From Leucoraja ocellata (taxonomy: Eukaryota): a stretch of 64,000 nt of DNA. The stretch's first letter is position 1, and each line of letters opens with the position of its first letter. Below the pieces are notes generated by a model. It searched no databases. It was not told the origin of the DNA and was given only the letters and a program-made list of their open reading frames with translations. The position numbers and the translations under genes are program-made. Below, in pieces: positions 61,236 through 64,000 of this stretch. The stretch lies in the NCBI GenBank assembly GCA_036785375.1, contig JAWMAR010000028.1:10106001-10170000 (forward strand), given 5' to 3'.

Positions 61236-62548
61236 ATAATTTGAGGACATGATTTCAGTAAAGTAAATAAGTTCATTCTCTTGCAAAGGATAATTAATTA
61301 AGTAGTATTATTCACTTTTATGACTATGTACATCAAACACTAAAATTAGCCAAATGTGTTGATTCTCAGACTAAACAATCTTGGGCAAGGAAATATGAGT
61401 TAGTATGTTAGGTCCTGTACAATAAGTGTATTATAGAATAAGCATAACAATCTACTGGTACATATACCCTTTTACCCTGTACTGCCAGTTTTTACAATTA
61501 TTTCAATGACATACTAATTCAAAATTTGTATGTGCTGAACATTATTTAAAAAAGGAAAGCATTTGATTTCCGTTTCTATTGCAATATCTAATCTTTTTTT
61601 CTATAATGAATGATAAATCTTTGTCATTATTTCCTGGTTGACCCTCCAGCAACATTCTTCATTGTGTACGGCTGCTCAGTCAGTTTGGTAAACTAGCTCA
61701 ATTGTTTGTATACATGGTGTTTATTTATTTGCATCACAATTTGTTTGGTAGAGATTTGTAAATTCCATAATGGTGAATTTCTGTCACCCTATCTGCTATA
61801 ACAGAGGGGTAGACAATACTCGATGCTGAGCATTACCTTAAATTGCAGTGAGACAACTACCAAAGTTGAAAAATTCTTGCAGGTCGGTGTGTCCAGGAAA
61901 TCATTAAATCTCTATGGGCAGTGATTTATCCTTGATCATAAATTATATGCCGGTGTTATACAAGTAATTAAAATCAGGGGGAATGAACAGTGAAGAAAAA
62001 TAAAGCCAAAGACAAATCAGACCCGTGAACTACATGAGACCAGTGGAAATGATACAACATTACAGCACAATTTCTTCTCTGATACTCTACCATAACAACA
62101 TTTGTATGGTATCTTTTAATATAATTAAATGACACCAGACACTTAATAAATGAGGTAGTGAGAAAACCGACAACAAAATACAGAGACAAGAATAAATAAC
62201 CAAAGGTTTGGAATTTGAAGGAGCATTTAAAAAAAAGAAAGGTTGAAAGGCAGAGAGTATTAGGGAGAGAATTTAAGCTTTGGGTGAAGGTAAGTGGCAA
62301 CATTGCAATTAAGTTGAGATTTTGAAGCCAGAATTGGAGCGCAGACCTAGAAGATAAAGGGGGCGAGTGAACAAACTGTAAAGTTAAAAAGTTCAAAGCA
62401 CATGTGAACCTGGATGATTTTATGGAATTGAAAATGTATGATCTAACCGATGAAACTCAGTAGGTCAAGCAGCATTTCTGGAGAACATGGATAGGTGATG
62501 TTTCCGGTCCTTCCTATGATTCAATACGTACTTTCATTGCAAGTAATT

Positions 62549-62760
62549 GAAACAAAGAACTGCAGATGTTGGTTAATATACAAAAAGGACACAAAGTGCT
62601 GGTGTAACTCAGCAAGTCAGGCAGCATCCGAGTCAAAAGAAGGATCTTGACCTGAAACATCATCGATGCATTTTCTCCAGAGATGCTGCCTGGCCTGTTG
62701 AGTTACTCCACTACTTTGTGTCCTTTTGTGTATTAACCAGCATCTGCAGTTCTTTGTTTC
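62549..62760. repeat. Penelope-tail-derived hairpin element with ~80-bp inverted arms
   Basis: 62549-62628 is near-complementary to 62682-62760. Confidence 0.8.
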
Positions 62761-63054
62761 TGCATGAAGAAGCACATGATCACAAACTGCTATGTCATCA
62801 CCAAGGGTAAAAACAATCTTACTCAGCTTCATACCATTTCCTGAGATATTTTTGGGGGGGCAGTGAGAGTAGGCAGGGAGGGCAAGGGCAGGTAGGGAAG
62901 GAAAATTGGGAAGATAAGCTAATTGGGAAGATAAGCTACATTTTAATAATTAAACCATGTAAGTAAGCAAGAACAGTTCAACCTAGTTCCTACAACATTG
63001 GAGAATTGAGCTGTCAACTTTAAGGCAGAAAGAAGAGCAGTGAATGTACACTAG

Positions 63055-63520
63055 AAAGGTAGACAAAAATGCTGGAGGAACTCAGCGGTGAGGCAGCATC
63101 TATGGAGAGAAGGAATATGCGACGTTTTGGGTCGAGACCCTTCTTCAGACTGATGTCAGGGGGGGGGCGGGGGGGGGTCGGAAAAAAGAAAGGTAGAGGC
63201 GGAGATGTAGGCTTGTGGGAGAGCTGGGAAGGCGAGGGGAAGGAGGGAGAAAGCAAGGACTACCTGAAATTGGAGAAGTCAATGTTCAAACTGTTGGGGT
63301 GTAAACTACCCAAGCAAAATATGAGGTGCTGTTCCTCCAATTAGCGCTGGGCCTCACTCTGGCCATGGAGGAGGCCCAGGACAGGAAGGTCGGATTCAGA
63401 ATGGGAGGGGGGTGTTGAAGTGCTGAGCCACCGGGAGATCAGGTTGGTTATTGCGAAGTGAGCGGAGGTGTTGGGCGAAGTGATCGCCAAGCCTCCGCTT
63501 GGACTCGCCGATGTAGAGAA
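63055..63520 (-). mobile_element. Penelope 3' fragment (GIY-YIG end and tail) with hammerhead-like motif at 63121-63148
   Basis: Minus strand tacatcggcgagtccaagcggaggcttggcgatcacttcgcc (YIGESKRRLGDHFA); ctgaagaagggtctcgacccaaaacgtc. Confidence 0.8.
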
Positions 63521-64000
63521 GATGTAGACATTAGGTAGGAGGTAGATTAAAAAAAAAGAATAACTAAAGATAAGTTGCTCAGCACAGAGGTTCAGTTAAA
63601 AGGTAGGGAACAATATCAAATGCTGGGGGAAAATTGCTCAGAAATTTGGCGAGATAATTAGATGGATAGTAAAAGAAATAGTATCTTAATTAGTTGCTCA
63701 AAAGATGCTCAAAACTAATGTACAAATTTGAGGAAAGGACTACAACTAGGTATGTTACAAAACCTACCCGAATTGTCCATGAGAATCTGCCCCCAGGCCG
63801 TGTGTGTGATTTTGGTGCTGTTTAGAGGGGGCGGGTTTAAAACGCGATTTTTACTAGGCTGTTGCAATCGAAAATGTTCAGCCTAGTAAATCATTAACGG
63901 AAAATCGCTGAAAGACCCCGTCGCAAAAGGTATTATTAGTTTTTATGGCCTTGTATAATAGTTATAGTAGTTTAAAAACCACTCTCTCAACCCGCGACCT

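Noticed and set aside
63745-64000. Possible Helitron or other TE end starting ACTAGGTATGTTACAAAACC
   Set aside because: No clear hairpin and truncated by the window edge; cannot be classified.

Overview
Repeat-rich vertebrate genomic DNA, most likely a cartilaginous fish (skate/ray type; inferred from HE1-type V-SINEs plus abundant CR1, Rex1/Babar and Penelope fragments). The window is the CDC14A-GPR88-VCAM1 neighbourhood (human 1p21 order). It holds the last four coding exons and 3'UTR of CDC14A (minus strand, ~45.8-60.2 kb), an intact single-coding-exon GPR88 (minus, 37976-39004, 342 aa) and two intact VCAM1-like Ig exons on the opposite (plus) strand (21851-22538), for which I find no partner exons. 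Other notable items: (1) a ~60-copy 23-bp minisatellite, free of stops in all frames, ending 14 bp before the GPR88 ATG; (2) a complete 3.97-kb TIR-bounded hAT transposon with a three-exon, frameshifted KIAA1586-like transposase, inserted in a (TG)n tract; (3) about ten Penelope-associated minimal hammerhead ribozyme motifs, some in inverted TSD-flanked insertions; (4) two Helitron 3' ends; (5) several multi-layer TE nests; (6) an inverted CR1 pair inside the predicted GPR88 3'UTR. There is one 200-N assembly gap (3311-3510). Gene calls come from recalled homology and read splice signals, not database searches. Repeat boundaries are approximate unless TIRs or TSDs are given.
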